DNA from: the human T2T-CHM13v2.0 reference genome, Homo sapiens
DNA length: 64,000 nucleotides
NCBI RefSeq assembly: GCF_009914755.1
Contig: NC_060940.1
Strand: one strand, 5' to 3'
Shown here one piece after another: positions 12,235 through 27,400 of the stretch. Numbering within the stretch: position 1 is the stretch's first letter; each line of letters starts with the position of its first letter. The notes under the pieces were generated by a model. It ran no database searches, was not told where the DNA came from, and saw only the letters and a program-made list of their open reading frames with translations. Both the position numbers and the translations under genes were made by a program.

Positions 12235-15200
12235 ACTCGACGATGATTCCATTCGAGTCCATTCGATGATACCATTCAATTCCATTCGTTGATGCTTCCA
12301 TTCAAGTGCATTCGATGATATCATTCGATTCCATTTGATGATAATTCCATTTGATTCCATGCGATGATTCTATTCGATTCCATTCAATGATAATTCCATT
12401 CAATTCAGTGATTCCTCTGGACTCCATTTGATGATGATTCCATTCAATGATTCCATTCGATTCTATTCGAAAATGATTCCATTTGAATCCATTTGATGAT
12501 GATTCCATTAGATTCCATTTGATGATTCCATTCGATTCCATTCGACGATGATTCCATTCGATTCCGTTTGATGATTCCATTCTATTCTATTCGATGATGA
12601 TTCCATTCGATTCCATTCGATGATGATTGGATTCGATTCCATTTGATGATTTCATTTGATTCCATTCGTTAATGATTTCGATCAATTCCATTCGATGATT
12701 CCATTCGATTCCATTCGATAATGATTACATCCGAGTCCATTCGATGATTCCCTTTGAGCCTGTTCGATAATTCCATTTGAGTCCAACCAATGATTCCATT
12801 CATTTCCATTCAATGATTCCATTCGAGTCCATTTGATCATTCCGGTAGGGTCCATTCGATGTTGATTCCATTGGAGTGCATTCGATGATTCCATTCGAGT
12901 CCATTTTAGGATTTGATTCGAGTCCTTTCGATGATTCCATTCGATTCCACTCGATGATGATTTCATTCGAGTCCATTCGACACTTCCAATCGATTCCATT
13001 TGATGATTCCATTCGAGTCCAATTGATGATTCCATTCAATTCCATTCGATGATGATTCCGTACGATTCCATTCTGTGATGATTCCATGTGATTGCATTCA
13101 ATGATGATTCCTTTCGATTGCATTCGATTATGATTCATTTCGTGTTCATTCTATGGTTCAACAGGTTTCCATTCGTGTCCATTCCATTATTCCATTCTAT
13201 TCCATTTGATGATGATTCCATTCGATTCCATTCATTGGTGATTCCACTCAATTCCATTCAATTATTCCATTCCATTTCTTTCAACAATGATTCCATTAGT
13301 TTCTAATCGATGATCCACTTGATTCCATTTGACGACGATTCCATTCTTGTCCATTCGATGATTCCATTTGATTCCATATGATGATGATTCCATTCGATTC
13401 CATACCATGATGATTCCATTCGAGTCCATTCAATGGTGATTCCATTCAATTCCATTCGATGATTCCTTTTGATTCCATTCGATGATGATGGCATTCGATT
13501 CCTTTCAATCATTCCCTTTGATTCCATTCAAAGGTGATTTCATTCAAGTCCATTCGATAATTGCATTCGATTCCATTCTATGATGATTCCATTCGAGTCC
13601 ATTTGATGATTCCATTCAATTCAAGTCAATGATGATTCCATTCGATTCCATTCGATGATTCCATTGGATTCCATTCGATGATGATTCCATTCAAATCCAT
13701 TCGATAATTCAATTCAAGTCCATTCGATGATGATTCCAATCGAATCCATTCAAAGATTCCATTCAGTTCCATTCGATGATTCCCTTAGATTCCATTCGAT
13801 GATTCCACTTGATTGCATTTACGATGATTCCATTCGATTCCATGTGATGATTCCATTCAATTCTATTCAATGATGTCTCCATTTGATTCCATTCGACCAT
13901 GATTGCCTTTGATTCCATTCAATGATTCCATTCGGTTCCGTTTGATGATGATTCCGTTCGATTCCATTTGATGATTCCATTTGATTCCATTGGATGAGTC
14001 CATTCGATTACATTCGATGATTATTCCATTCGAGTGCATTAGATGATTCCATTCGAGTCCATTCGATGATTCCATTCGATTCCATTCGATGTTGATTCTG
14101 TTCAAATCCATTCGATGATTCCACTCGATTCCATTCGTTGACTCCATTTGATCCCATTCGATGATTTCCTTTGATTCCCTTTGATGATCATTCCATTTGA
14201 TTCAATTCGGTGATTTCATTTGATTCCATTCAGTGATGTTTCCATTCGACTCCATTCGATGATGATTCCATTCGACTCCATTCGATTATGATTTCATTCA
14301 ATTCCATTCGATAATGATTCCCTTCGAGTCCATTCGGTGATTCCATTCGATTCCATTCAACGATGATTTGATTCGTGTCCACTCGATGATTCCATTTGAT
14401 TCCACTTGATGATGATTCCATTCGAGTCCATTTGATGATTCCATTCAATTCCATACTCCGATGATTTCTTTTGAGCCCACTCAATGCTTCCACTCGATTC
14501 CATATGATGATGACTCCATTCGATGAAATTCGATGATGATTCCATTCGCTTGCTTTCGATGATGATTCCACTTGAGTCCGTTAGAAGATTCTATTCAATT
14601 ACATTCCATGACGATTCCGTTCGAGTCCATTTGATGATTCCATTAGACTCCATTCGACGATGATTCCATTCGATGTTATTCGATGATTCCATTCGATCTC
14701 ATTCGATGATGATTCCATTCAACTCCATTCGATGTTTCCATTCGAGTTCATTCTATTATTCCATTAGATTCCATTCGATGATGATTCCATTCGATTCCAT
14801 TTGATGATTGCATTCTATTTCATTTGATGATGATTCCATTCGAGTCCACTCGATGATTCCATTCGAGTCCATTTAATGAATCCATTGGTTTCAATTCTAT
14901 GATGATTACATTGGATTCCATTCGTTGATGATTTCATTCGGTTCCATTCAATGATGATTCCATTCAATTCCTTTCAATGTTTCCATTCAATTCCATACGA
15001 TGATGATTCCATTTGATTTGATTCGACAGTGAGCCATTCGATTCAATTCCATGATGATTCTATTTGATTCAATTGGTGGACATTTCCATTCGATTCCATT
15101 CGATGATGATTCCCTTTGATTCCGTTCAAAGATGATTCCATTCTAGCCCATTCAATCATTCCATTCGATTCTATTCAATGATGATTCCATTCATGTCGAT

Positions 15201-18200
15201 TTGGTGATTCCATTTGACTTCATTTGATGATGATTCCTTTCAAGTTCATTAGATGATTCCATTCGATTCCATTTGATGATGATCCCATTCGAGTCCATTC
15301 AGTGATTCCATTCGTTTCCATTCCATGATGATTCCATTCCTTTCCATTCAATGATTCCATTCGATTCCGTTTGATGATGATTTCATTCGAGTCCATTTGA
15401 TGATTCCATTTGATTCCATTCGATGATGATTCCATTCGAGTCCATTCGATGATTCTATTCGAATCCATTTGATGATTTCTTTTGATTATATTTGGTGATG
15501 ATTCCATTGGAGTCCATTCAATGATTCCATTCTATTCCAATCGATGATGATTCCATTAGAGTCCATTTAATGATTCCATTTGATTCCAGTCTCTGATGAT
15601 TACATTCGAGTCCATACGATGATTCCACTCAATTCCATATGATGATGATTCCATTCGGTGATTCCATTCTATTCTATTCAATGGTGATTCCATTCGAGTA
15701 CATTAGATGATTCCATTCGATTCCATTCAATGATGATTCTATTTGTGTCCCTTAGATGATTCCACATGATTCCATTAGATGATGATACTATTTGAGCCCA
15801 TCCAATGATTCCCTTCGATTCCATTCGATGAGGATTCCATTCGATTCAATTCATTGGTGATTCTATTCAATTCAATTCTTTGATTCCATTCCATTCCATT
15901 CGACAATGATTCCATTCGATTTCTTTCGATGATTCCACTCGATTCCACTTGACATTGATTCCATTCGATTCCATTCAATGATTCCATTTGATTCCAGTGG
16001 ATGATGATTGCCATCGATTCCATTCGATCACTCCATTCTATTCCATTTGATGATGATTACATTCGATTCCATTTGATGATTCCATCTGATTCTATTCGAG
16101 GATTCCATTTGATTCCATTCGATGATGATTCCATTCGAGTCCATTCGATGATTTCATTCGAGTACATCCAATGATTCCATTCGAGTCCATTAGATGATTC
16201 CATTTGATTCCATTTGAAAATGATTCTACTAGAGTCCATTCAATGACTCCATTCGAGTCCATTCAACAATTCCATTCGACTCCATTCGATGATTCCATTC
16301 GATTCCATTTGATGGTTCCATTCGAGTCCATTTAATCATTACAGTCGAGTCCATTTGGTGATTCCACTGGATTTCTTTTGATAATGATACCATTCAATTA
16401 CATTTGATGATGATCCCATTCAATTTCATTTGATGATGATTCCATTAGAGTCCATTCGATGATTTCATTCGAGTCCCTTCATTGATTCCATCCGATTGCA
16501 TTGGATGATGACTCCATTCGAGTCCATTCGATGATTCCACTCGATTCCATTAGATGGTTCCATTGGAGTCTATTTGATTGTTCCATTCGATTCCATTCGA
16601 TTCCTTTCGAAGATTATTCCATTTGAGTCCATTCGATGATGATCCCATTCCATTCCATTCGATGATTCCGTTTGATTCCATTCGATGATTCCCTTCGATT
16701 CCTTTCTGTGATGATTCCATTCCATTCCATTCAATGATTCCATTCGAATCTATTCCATGATGATTCCTTTCGATTCCATTCGCTGATGTTTCCGTTCAAT
16801 TCCATTCGATGATGATTCCATTCGATTCCATTCATTGAGGATTCCATTTGATTCCATTCAATGATGATTCCATTCTATTCCATTCAATGATTGCATTCAA
16901 TTCCATTCAATGATTATCCCCTTAGAGTAAACTCAACGATTCCATTCAATACCATTCGATGATGATTCCTTTTGAGTCCATTCAATGATTTCATTCAAGT
17001 CCATTTGATGATTCCTTTCAATTCCATTCTATGATGATTCCATTCGAGTCCATTCGATGATTCCATTCGATTGCATTCGATGATTCCATTATATTCCATT
17101 CAACGGTGATTCCATTCGAGTCCATTCCATGATTCCATTAGAGTACATTTAATGATTGCTTTGTTTTCAATTCGAAGATGATTACATTGGATTCCATTCT
17201 ATGATACCATTCGATTCCATTCAATGATGATTCCACTCAAATCCATTGGATGATTCCATTCGTGTCCATTCGGTGATTTCATTAGATTCCATTCGAGGAT
17301 GATTCCATTCGATTCCATTCGATGATTCCATTCAATTCCATTCGATGATGATTCCATTCCAGTCCATATGATCATTCCATTTGATTTCATTCGATGATGA
17401 TTCCATTCGATTCCATTCGATGATTCCATTCTATTCCATTCGATGATGATTCCATTCGAGTCCATTCGATGATTCCATTCGAGTCCATTTAATGATTCCA
17501 TTGGGTTCAATTCAATGATGATTACATTGGATTCCGTTCTATGATTCCATTCAATTCCGTTCATTGACAATTTGATTCCATTCGATGATGATTCCATTTG
17601 AGTTCATTCGATGATTCTATTCGATTCTCTTCGATGGTGATTCAATTCTATTATATTGGATGATTCCATTCGATTCCATTTGATGTTGATTCAATTCGAT
17701 TCTATTCGATGATGATTCCATTGGATTTCACTTGATGATTCTATTCGATTCCATTCAATGATGATTCACTTCTCGTCCATTGGATGATTCCATTTCATTC
17801 CATTCGATGATGATTCCATTCGATTCCATTCGATGATTCCATTTGATTCCATGCGACGGTGAGCAATTCGATTCAATTCCATGATGATTCTATTTGATTC
17901 AATTAGATGATGTTTCCATTCGAATCCATTCCATGATTATTCCATTGGAATCCATTCGGCGATGATTCCATATGAGTCAATTCAATGATGATTCCATATG
18001 GGTCCGTTCGATGATAATTCCATTTGATTTCATTCGATGCTTCTATTCTATTCCAGTCGATGATGATTCCGTTGGAGTCCATACGATGATTCCATTTGAT
18101 TTCATTTGATGATGATTCCATTCGATGATGATTACATTGGATTCCATTCTATGATTCCATTCAATTCCATTCGTTGATGATTCGATTCCATTCAATGATG

Positions 18201-18336
18201 ATTCCATTTGAGTTCATTCGATGATTCTATTTGATTCCGTTCGATGGTGATTCAATTCTATTATATTGGATGATTCCACTCGATTCCATTTGATGATTAT
18301 TCCATTGGAGTCCACTTAGTGAATCCTTTAGATTCT
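12235..18336 (+). repeat. Higher-order unit 3 (6,102 bp; 10-bp deletion)
   Basis: Marker ORF 12302 to 18404 is +6102. One GATTCCATTT decamer is missing near 15650. Confidence 0.95.
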
Positions 18337-21300
18337 ACTCGACGATGATTCCATTCGAGTCCATTCGATGATACCATTCAATTCCATTCGTTGATGCTTC
18401 CATTCAAGTGCATTCGATGATATCATTCGATTCCATTTGATGATAATTCCATTTGATTCCATGCGATGATTCTATTCGATTCCATTCAATGATAATTCCA
18501 TTCAATTCAGTGATTCCTCTGGACTCCATTTGATGATGATTCCATTCAATGATTCCATTCGATTCTATTCGAAAATGATTCCATTTGAATCCATTTGATG
18601 ATGATTCCATTAGATTCCATTTGATGATTCCATTCGATTCCATTCGGCGATGATTCCATTCGATTCCGTTTGATGATTCCATTCTATTCTATTCGATGAT
18701 GATTCCATTCGATTCCATTCGATGATGATTGGATTCGATTCCATTTGATGATTTCATTTGATTCCATTCGTTAATGATTTCGATCAATTCCATTCAATGA
18801 TTCCATTCGATTCCATTCGATAATGATTACATCCGAGTCCATTCGATGATTCCATTGGAGCCTGTTCGATAATTCCATTTGAGTCCAATCAATGATTCCA
18901 TTCATTTCCATTCAATGATTCCATTCGAGTCCATTTGATCATTCCGGTAGGGTCCATTCGATGTTGATTCCATTGGAGTGCATTCGATGATTCCATTCGA
19001 GTCCATTTTAGGATTTGATTCGAGTCCTTTCGATGATTCCATTCGATTCCACTCGATGATGATTTCATTCGAGTCCATTCGACACTTCCAATCGATTCCA
19101 TTTGATGATTCCATTCGAGTCCAATTGATGATTCCATTCAATTCCATTCGATGATGATTCCGTACGATTCCATTCTGTGATGATTCCATGTGATTGCATT
19201 CAATGATGATTCCTTTCGATTGCATTCGATTATGATTCATTTCGTGTTCATTCTATGGTTCCACAGGTTTCCATTCGTGTCCATTCCATTATTCCATTCT
19301 ATTCCATTTGATGATGATTCCATTCGATTCCATTCATTGGTGATTCCACTCAATTCCATTCAATGATTCCATTCCATTTCTTTCAACAATGATTCCATTA
19401 GTTTCTAATCGATGATCCACTTGATTCCATTTGACGACGATTCCATTCTTGTCCATTCGATGATTCCATTTGATTCCATATGATGATGATTCCATTCGAT
19501 TCCATACCATGATGATTCCATTCGAGTCCATTCAATGGTGATTCCATTCAATTCCATTCGATGATTCCTTTTGATTCCATTCGATGATGATGGCATTCGA
19601 TTCCTTTCAATCATTCCCTTTGATTCCATTCAAAGGTGATTTCATTCAAGTCCATTCGATAATTGCATTCGATTCCATTCTATGATGATTCCATTCGAGT
19701 CCATTTGATGATTCCATTCAATTCAAGTCAATGATGATTCCATTACATTCCATTCGATGATTCCATTGGATTCCATTCGATGATGATTCCATTCAAATCC
19801 ATTCGATAATTCAATTCAAGTCCATTCGATGATGATTCCAATCGAATCCATTCAAAGATCCCATTCAGTTCCATTCGATGATTCCCTTAGATTCCATTCG
19901 ATGATTCCACTTGATTGCATTTACGATGATTCCATTCGATTCCATGTGATGATTCCATTCAATTCTATTCAATGATGTCTCCATTTGATTCCATTCGACC
20001 ATGATTGCCTTTGATTCCATTCAATGATTCCATTCGGTTCCGTTTGATGATGATTCCGTTCGATTCCATTTGATGATTCCATTTGATTCCATTGGATGAG
20101 TCCATTCGATTCCATTCGATGATTATTCCATTCGAGTGCATTAGATGATTCCATTCGAGTCCATTCGATGATTCCATTCGATTCCATTCGATGTTGATTC
20201 TGTTCAAATCCATTCGATGATTCCACTCGATTCCATTCGTTGACTCCATTTGATCCCATTCGATGATTTCCTTTGATTCCCTTTGATGATCATTCCATTT
20301 GATTCAATTCGGTGATTTCATTTGATTCCATTCAGTGATGTTTCCATTCGACTCCATTCGATGATGATTCCATTCGACTCCATTCGATTATGATTTCATT
20401 CAATTCCATTCGATAACGATTCCCTTCGAGTCCATTCGATGATTCCATTCGATTCCATTCAACGATGATTTGATTCGTGTCCATTCGATGATTCCATTTG
20501 ATTCCACTTGATGATGATTCCATTCGAGTCCATTTGATGATTCCATTCAATTCCATACTCCGATGATTTCTTTTGAGCCCACTCAATGCTTCCACTCGAT
20601 TCCATATGATGATGACTCCATTCGATGAAATTCGATGATTATTCCATTCGCTTGCTTTCGATGATGATTCCACTTGAGTCCGTTAGAAGATTCTATTCAA
20701 TTACATTCCATGACGATTCCGTTCGAGTCCATTTGATGATTCCATTAGACTCCATTCGACGATGATTCCATTCGATGTTATTCGATGATTCCATTCGATC
20801 TCATTCGATGATGATTCCATTCAACTCCATTCGATGTTTCCATTCGAGTTCATTCTATTATTCCATTAGATTCCATTCGATGATGATTCCATTCGATTCC
20901 ATTTGATGATTGCATTCTATTTCATTTGATGATGATTCCATTCGAGTCCACTCGATGATTCCATTCGAGTCCATTTAATGAATCCATTGGTTTCAATTCT
21001 ATGATGATTACATTGGATTCCATTCGTTGATGATTTCATTCGGTTCCATTCAATGATGATTCCATTCAATTCCTTTCAATGTTTCCATTCAATTCCATAC
21101 GATGATGATTCCATTTGATTTGATTCGACAGTGAGCCATTCGATTCAATTCCATGATGATTCTATTTGATTCAATTGGTTGACATTTCCATTCGATTCCA
21201 TTCGATGATGATTCCCTTTGATTCCGTTCAAAGATGATTCCATTCTAGCCCATTCAATCATTCCATTCGATTCTATTCAATGATGATTCCATTCATGTCG

Positions 21301-24300
21301 ATTTGGTGATTCCATTTGACTTCATTTGATGATGATTCCTTTCAAGTTCATTAGATGATTCCATTCGATTCCATTTGATGATGATCCCATTCGAGTCCAT
21401 TCAGTGATTCCATTCGTTTCCATTCCATGATGATTCCATTCCTTTCCATTCAATGATTCCATTCGATTCCGTTTGATGATGATTTCATTCGAGTCCATTT
21501 GATGATTCCATTTGATTCCATTCGATGATGATTCCATTCGAGTCCATTCGATGATTCTATTCGAATCCATTTGATGATTTCTTTTGATTATATTTGGTGA
21601 TGATTCCATTGGAGTCCATTCAATGATTCCATTCTATTCCAATCGATGATGATTCCATTAGAGTCCATTTAATGATTCCATTTGATTCCAGTCTCTGATG
21701 ATTACATTCGAGTCCATACGATGATTCCACTCAATTCCATATGATGATGATTCCATTTGATTCCATTCGGTGATTCCATTCTATTCTATTCAATGGTGAT
21801 TCCATTCGAGTACATTAGATGATTCCATTCGATTCCATTCAATGATGATTCTATTTGTGTCCCTTAGATGATTCCACATGATTCCATTAGATGATGATAC
21901 TATTTGAGCCCATCCAATGATTCCCTTCGATTCCATTCGATGAGGATTCCATTCGATTCAATTCATTGGTGATTCTATTCAATTCAATTCTTTGATTCCA
22001 TTCCATTCCATTCGACAATGATTCCATTCGATTTCTTTCGATGATTCCACTCGATTCCACTTGACATTGATTCCATTCGATTCCATTCAATGATTCCATT
22101 TGATTCCAGTGGATGATGATTGCCATCGATTCCATTCGATCACTCCATTCTATTCCATTTGATGATGATTACATTCGATTCCATTTGATGATTCCATCTG
22201 ATTCTATTCGAGGATTCCATTTGATTCCATTCGATGATGATTCCATTCGAGTCCATTCGATGATTTCATTCGAGTACATCCAATGATTCCATTCGAGTCC
22301 ATTAGATGATTCCATTTGATTCCATTTGAAAATGATTCTACTAGAGTCCATTCAATGACTCCATTCGAGTCCATTCAACAATTCCATTCGACTCCATTCG
22401 ATGATTCCATTCGATTCCATTTGATGGTTCCATTCGAGTCCATTTAATCATTACAGTCGAGTCCATTTGGTGATTCCACTGGATTTCTTTTGATAATGAT
22501 ACCATTCAATTACATTTGATGATGATCCCATTCAATTTCATTTGATGATGATTCCATTAGAGTCCATTCGATGATTTCATTCGAGTCCCTTCATTGATTC
22601 CATCCGATTGCATTGGATGATGACTCCATTCGAGTCCATTCGATGATTCCACTCGATTCCATTAGATGGTTCCATTGGAGTCTATTTGATTGTTCCATTC
22701 GATTCCATTCGATTCCTTTCGAAGATTATTCCATTTGAGTCCATTCGATGATGATTCCATTCCATTCCATTCGATGATTCCGTTTGATTCCATTCGATGA
22801 TTCCCTTCGATTCCTTTCTGTGATGATTCCATTCCATTCCATTCAATGATTCCATTCGAATCTATTCCATGATGATTCCTTTCGATTCCATTCGCTGATG
22901 TTTCCGTTCAATTCCATTCGATGATGATTCCATTCGATTCCATTCATTGAGGATTCCATTTGATTCCATTCAATGATGATTCCATTCTATTCCATTCAAT
23001 GATTGCATTCAATTCCATTCAATGATTATCCCCTTAGAGTAAACTCAACGATTCCATTCAATGCCATTCGATGATGATTCCTTTTGAGTCCATTCAATGA
23101 TTTCATTCAAGTCCATTTGATGATTCCTTTCAATTCCATTCTATGATGATTCCATTCGAGTCCATTCGATGATTCCATTCAATTGCATTCGATGATTCCA
23201 TTATATTCCATTCAACGGTGATTCCATTCGAGTCCATTCCATGATTCCATTAGAGTACATTTAATGATTGCTTTGTTTTCAATTCGAAGATGATTACATT
23301 GGATTCCATTCTATGATACCATTCGATTCCATTCAATGATGATTCCACTCAAATCCATTGGATGATTCCATTCGTGTCCATTCGGTGATTTCATTAGATT
23401 CCATTCGAGGATGATTCCATTCGATTCCATTCGATGATTCCATTCAATTCCATTCGATGATGATTCCATTCCAGTCCATATGATCATTCCATTTGATTTC
23501 ATTCGATGATGATTCCATTCGATTCGATTCGACGATTCCATTCTATTCCATTCGATGATGATTCCATTCGAGTCCATTCGTTCATTCCATTCGAGTCCAT
23601 TTAATGATTCCATTGGGTTCAATTCAATGATGATTACATTGGATTCCGTTCTATGATTCCATTCAATTCCGTTCATTGACAATTTGATTCCATTCGATGA
23701 TGATTCCATTTGAGTTCATTCGATGATTCTATTCGATTCTCTTCGATGGTGATTCAATTCTATTATATTGGATGATTCCATTCGATTCCATTTGATGTTG
23801 ATTCAATTCGATTCTATTCGATGATGATTCCATTGGATTTCACTTGATGATTCTATTCGATTCCATTCAATGATGATTCACTTCTCGTCCATTGGATGAT
23901 TCCATTTCATTCCATTCGATGATGATTCCATTCGATTCCATTCGATGATTCCATTTGATTCCATGCGACGGTGAGCAATTCGATTCAATTCCATGATGAT
24001 TCTATTTGATTCAATTAGATGATGTTTCCATTCGAATCCATTCCATGATTATTCCATTGGAATCCATTCGGCGATGATTCCATATGAGTCAATTCAATGA
24101 TGATTCCATATGGGTCCGTTCGATGATAATTCCATTTGATTTCATTCGATGCTTCTATTCTATTCCAGTCGATGATGATTCCGTTGGAGTCCATACGATG
24201 ATTCCATTTGATTTCATTTGATGATGATTCCATTCGATGATGATTACATTGGATTCCATTCTATGATTCCATTCAATTCCATTCGTTGATGATTCGATTC

Positions 24301-24448
24301 CATTCAATGATGATTCCATTTGAGTTCATTCGATGATTCTATTCGATTCCGTTCGATGGTGATTCAATTCTATTATATTGGATGATTCCACTCGATTCCA
24401 TTTGATGATTATTCCATTGGAGTCCACTTAGTGAATCCTTTAGATTCT
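18337..24448 (+). repeat. Higher-order unit 4 (6,112 bp; many private SNVs)
   Basis: Marker ORF 18404 to 24516 is +6112. Confidence 0.95.
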
Positions 24449-27400
24449 ACTCGACGATGATTCCATTCGAGTCCATTCGATGATACCATTCAATTCCATT
24501 CGTTGATGCTTCCATTCAAGTGCATTCGATGATATCATTCGATTCCATTTGATGATAATTCCATTTGATTCCATGCGATGATTCTATTCGATTCCATTCA
24601 ATGATAATTCCATTCAATTCAGTGATTCCTCTGGACTCCATTTGATGATGATTCCATTCAATGATTCCATTCGATTCTATTCGAAAATGATTCCATTTGA
24701 ATCCATTTGATGATGATTCCATTAGATTCCATTTGATGATTCCATTCGATTCCATTCGACGATGATTCCATTCGATTCCGTTTGATGATTCCATTCTATT
24801 CTATTCGATGATGATTCCATTCGATTCCATTCGATGATGATTGGATTCGATTCCATTTGATGATTTCATTTGATTCCATTCGTTAATGATTTCGATCAAT
24901 TCCATTCGATGATTCCATTCGATTCCATTCGATAATGATTACATCCGAGTCCATTCGATGATTCCCTTTGAGCCTGTTCGATAATTCCATTTGAGTCCAA
25001 CCAATGATTCCATTCATTTCCATTCAATGATTCCATTCGAGTCCATTTGATCATTCCGGTAGGGTCCATTCGATGTTGATTCCATTGGAGTGCATTCGAT
25101 GATTCCATTCGAGTCCATTTTAGGATTTGATTCGAGTCCTTTCGATGATTCCATTCGATTCCACTCGATGATGATTTCATTCGAGTCCATTCGACACTTC
25201 CAATCGATTCCATTTGATGATTCCATTCGAGTCCAATTGATGATTCCATTCAATTCCATTCGATGATGATTCCGTACGATTCCATTCTGTGATGATTCCA
25301 TGTGATTGCATTCAATGATGATTCCTTTCGATTGCATTCGATTATGATTCATTTCGTGTTCATTCTATGGTTCCACAGGTTTCCATTCGTGTCCATTCCA
25401 TTATTCCATTCTATTCCATTTGATGATGATTCCATTCGATTCCATTCATTGGTGATTCCACTCAATTCCATTCAATGATTCCATTCCATTTCTTTCAACA
25501 ATGATTCCATTAGTTTCTAATCGATGATCCACTTGATTCCATTTGACGACGATTCCATTCTTGTCCATTCGATGATTCCATTTGATTCCATATGATGATG
25601 ATTCCATTCGATTCCATACCATGATGATTCCATTCGAGTCCATTCAATGGTGATTCCATTCAATTCCATTCGATGATTCCTTTTGATTCCATTCGATGAT
25701 GATGGCATTCGATTCCTTTCGATCATTCCCTTTGATTCCATTCAATGGTGATTTCATTCAAGTCCATTCGATAATTGCATTCGATTCCATTCTATGATGA
25801 TTCCATTCGAGTCCATTTGATGATTCCATTCAATTCAAGTCAATGATGATTCCATTCGATTCCATTCGATGATTCCATTGGATTCCATTCGATGATGATT
25901 CCATTCAAATCCATTCGATAATTCAATTCAAGTCCATTCGATGATGATTCCAATCGAATCCATTCAAAGATTCCATTCAGTTCCATTCGATGATTCCCTT
26001 AGATTCCATTCGATGATTCCACTTGATTGCATTTACGATGATTCCATTCGATTCCATGTGATGATTCCATTCAATTCTATTCAATGATGTCTCCATTTGA
26101 TTCCATTCGACCATGATTGCCTTTGATTCCATTCAATGATTCCATTCGGTTCCGTTTGATGATGATTCCGTTCGATTCCATTTGATGATTCCATTTGATT
26201 CCATTGGATGAGTCCATTCGATTACATTCGATGATTATTCCATTCGAGTGCATTAGATGATTCCATTCGAGTCCATTCGATGATTCCATTCGATTCCATT
26301 CGATGTTGATTCTGTTCAAATCCATTCGATGATTCCACTCGATTCCATTCGTTGACTCCATTTGATCCCATTCGATGATTTCCTTTGATTCCCTTTGATG
26401 ATCATTCCATTTGATTCAATTCGGTGATTTCATTTGATTCCATTCAGTGATGTTTCCATTCGACTCCATTCGATGATGATTCCATTCGACTCCATTCGAT
26501 TATGATTTCATTCAATTCCATTCGATAATGATTCCCTTCGAGTCCATTCGATGATTCCATTCGATTCCATTCAACGATGATTTGATTCGTGTCCACTCGA
26601 TGATTCCATTTGATTCCACTTGATGATGATTCCATTCGAGTCCATTTGATGATTCCATTCAATTCCATACTCCGATGATTTCTTTTGAGCCCACTCAATG
26701 CTTCCACTCGATTCCATATGATGATGACTCCATTCGATGAAATTCGATGATGATTCCATTCGCTTGCTTTCGATGATGATTCCACTTGAGTCCGTTAGAA
26801 GATTCTATTCAATTACATTCCATGACGATTCCGTTCGAGTCCATTTGATGATTCCATTAGACTCCATTCGACGATGATTCCATTCGATGTTATTCGATGA
26901 TTCCATTCGATCTCATTCGATGATGATTCCATTCAACTCCATTCGATGTTTCCATTCGAGTTCATTCTATTATTCCATTAGATTCCATTCGATGATGATT
27001 CCATTCGATTCCATTTGATGATTGCATTCTATTTCATTTGATGATGATTCCATTCGAGTCCACTCGATGATTCCATTCGAGTCCATTTAATGAATCCATT
27101 GGTTTCAATTCTATGATGATTACATTGGATTCCATTCGTTGATGATTTCATTCGGTTCCATTCAATGATGATTCCATTCAATTCCTTTCAATGTTTCCAT
27201 TCAATTCCATACGATGATGATTCCATTTGATTTGATTCGACAGTGAGCCATTCGATTCAATTCCATGATGATTCTATTTGATTCCATTGGTTGACATTTC
27301 CATTCGATTCCATTCGATGATGATTCCCTTTGATTCCGTTCAAAGATGATTCCATTCTAGCCCATTCAATGATTCCATTCGATTCTATTCAATGATGATT

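Noticed and set aside
13088-13306. Plus-strand ORFs at 13088-13306 and 62613-62798
   Set aside because: Each exists in one unit only because a private SNV removed a TGA stop. The FHSIPFDD-type peptides are satellite translation.
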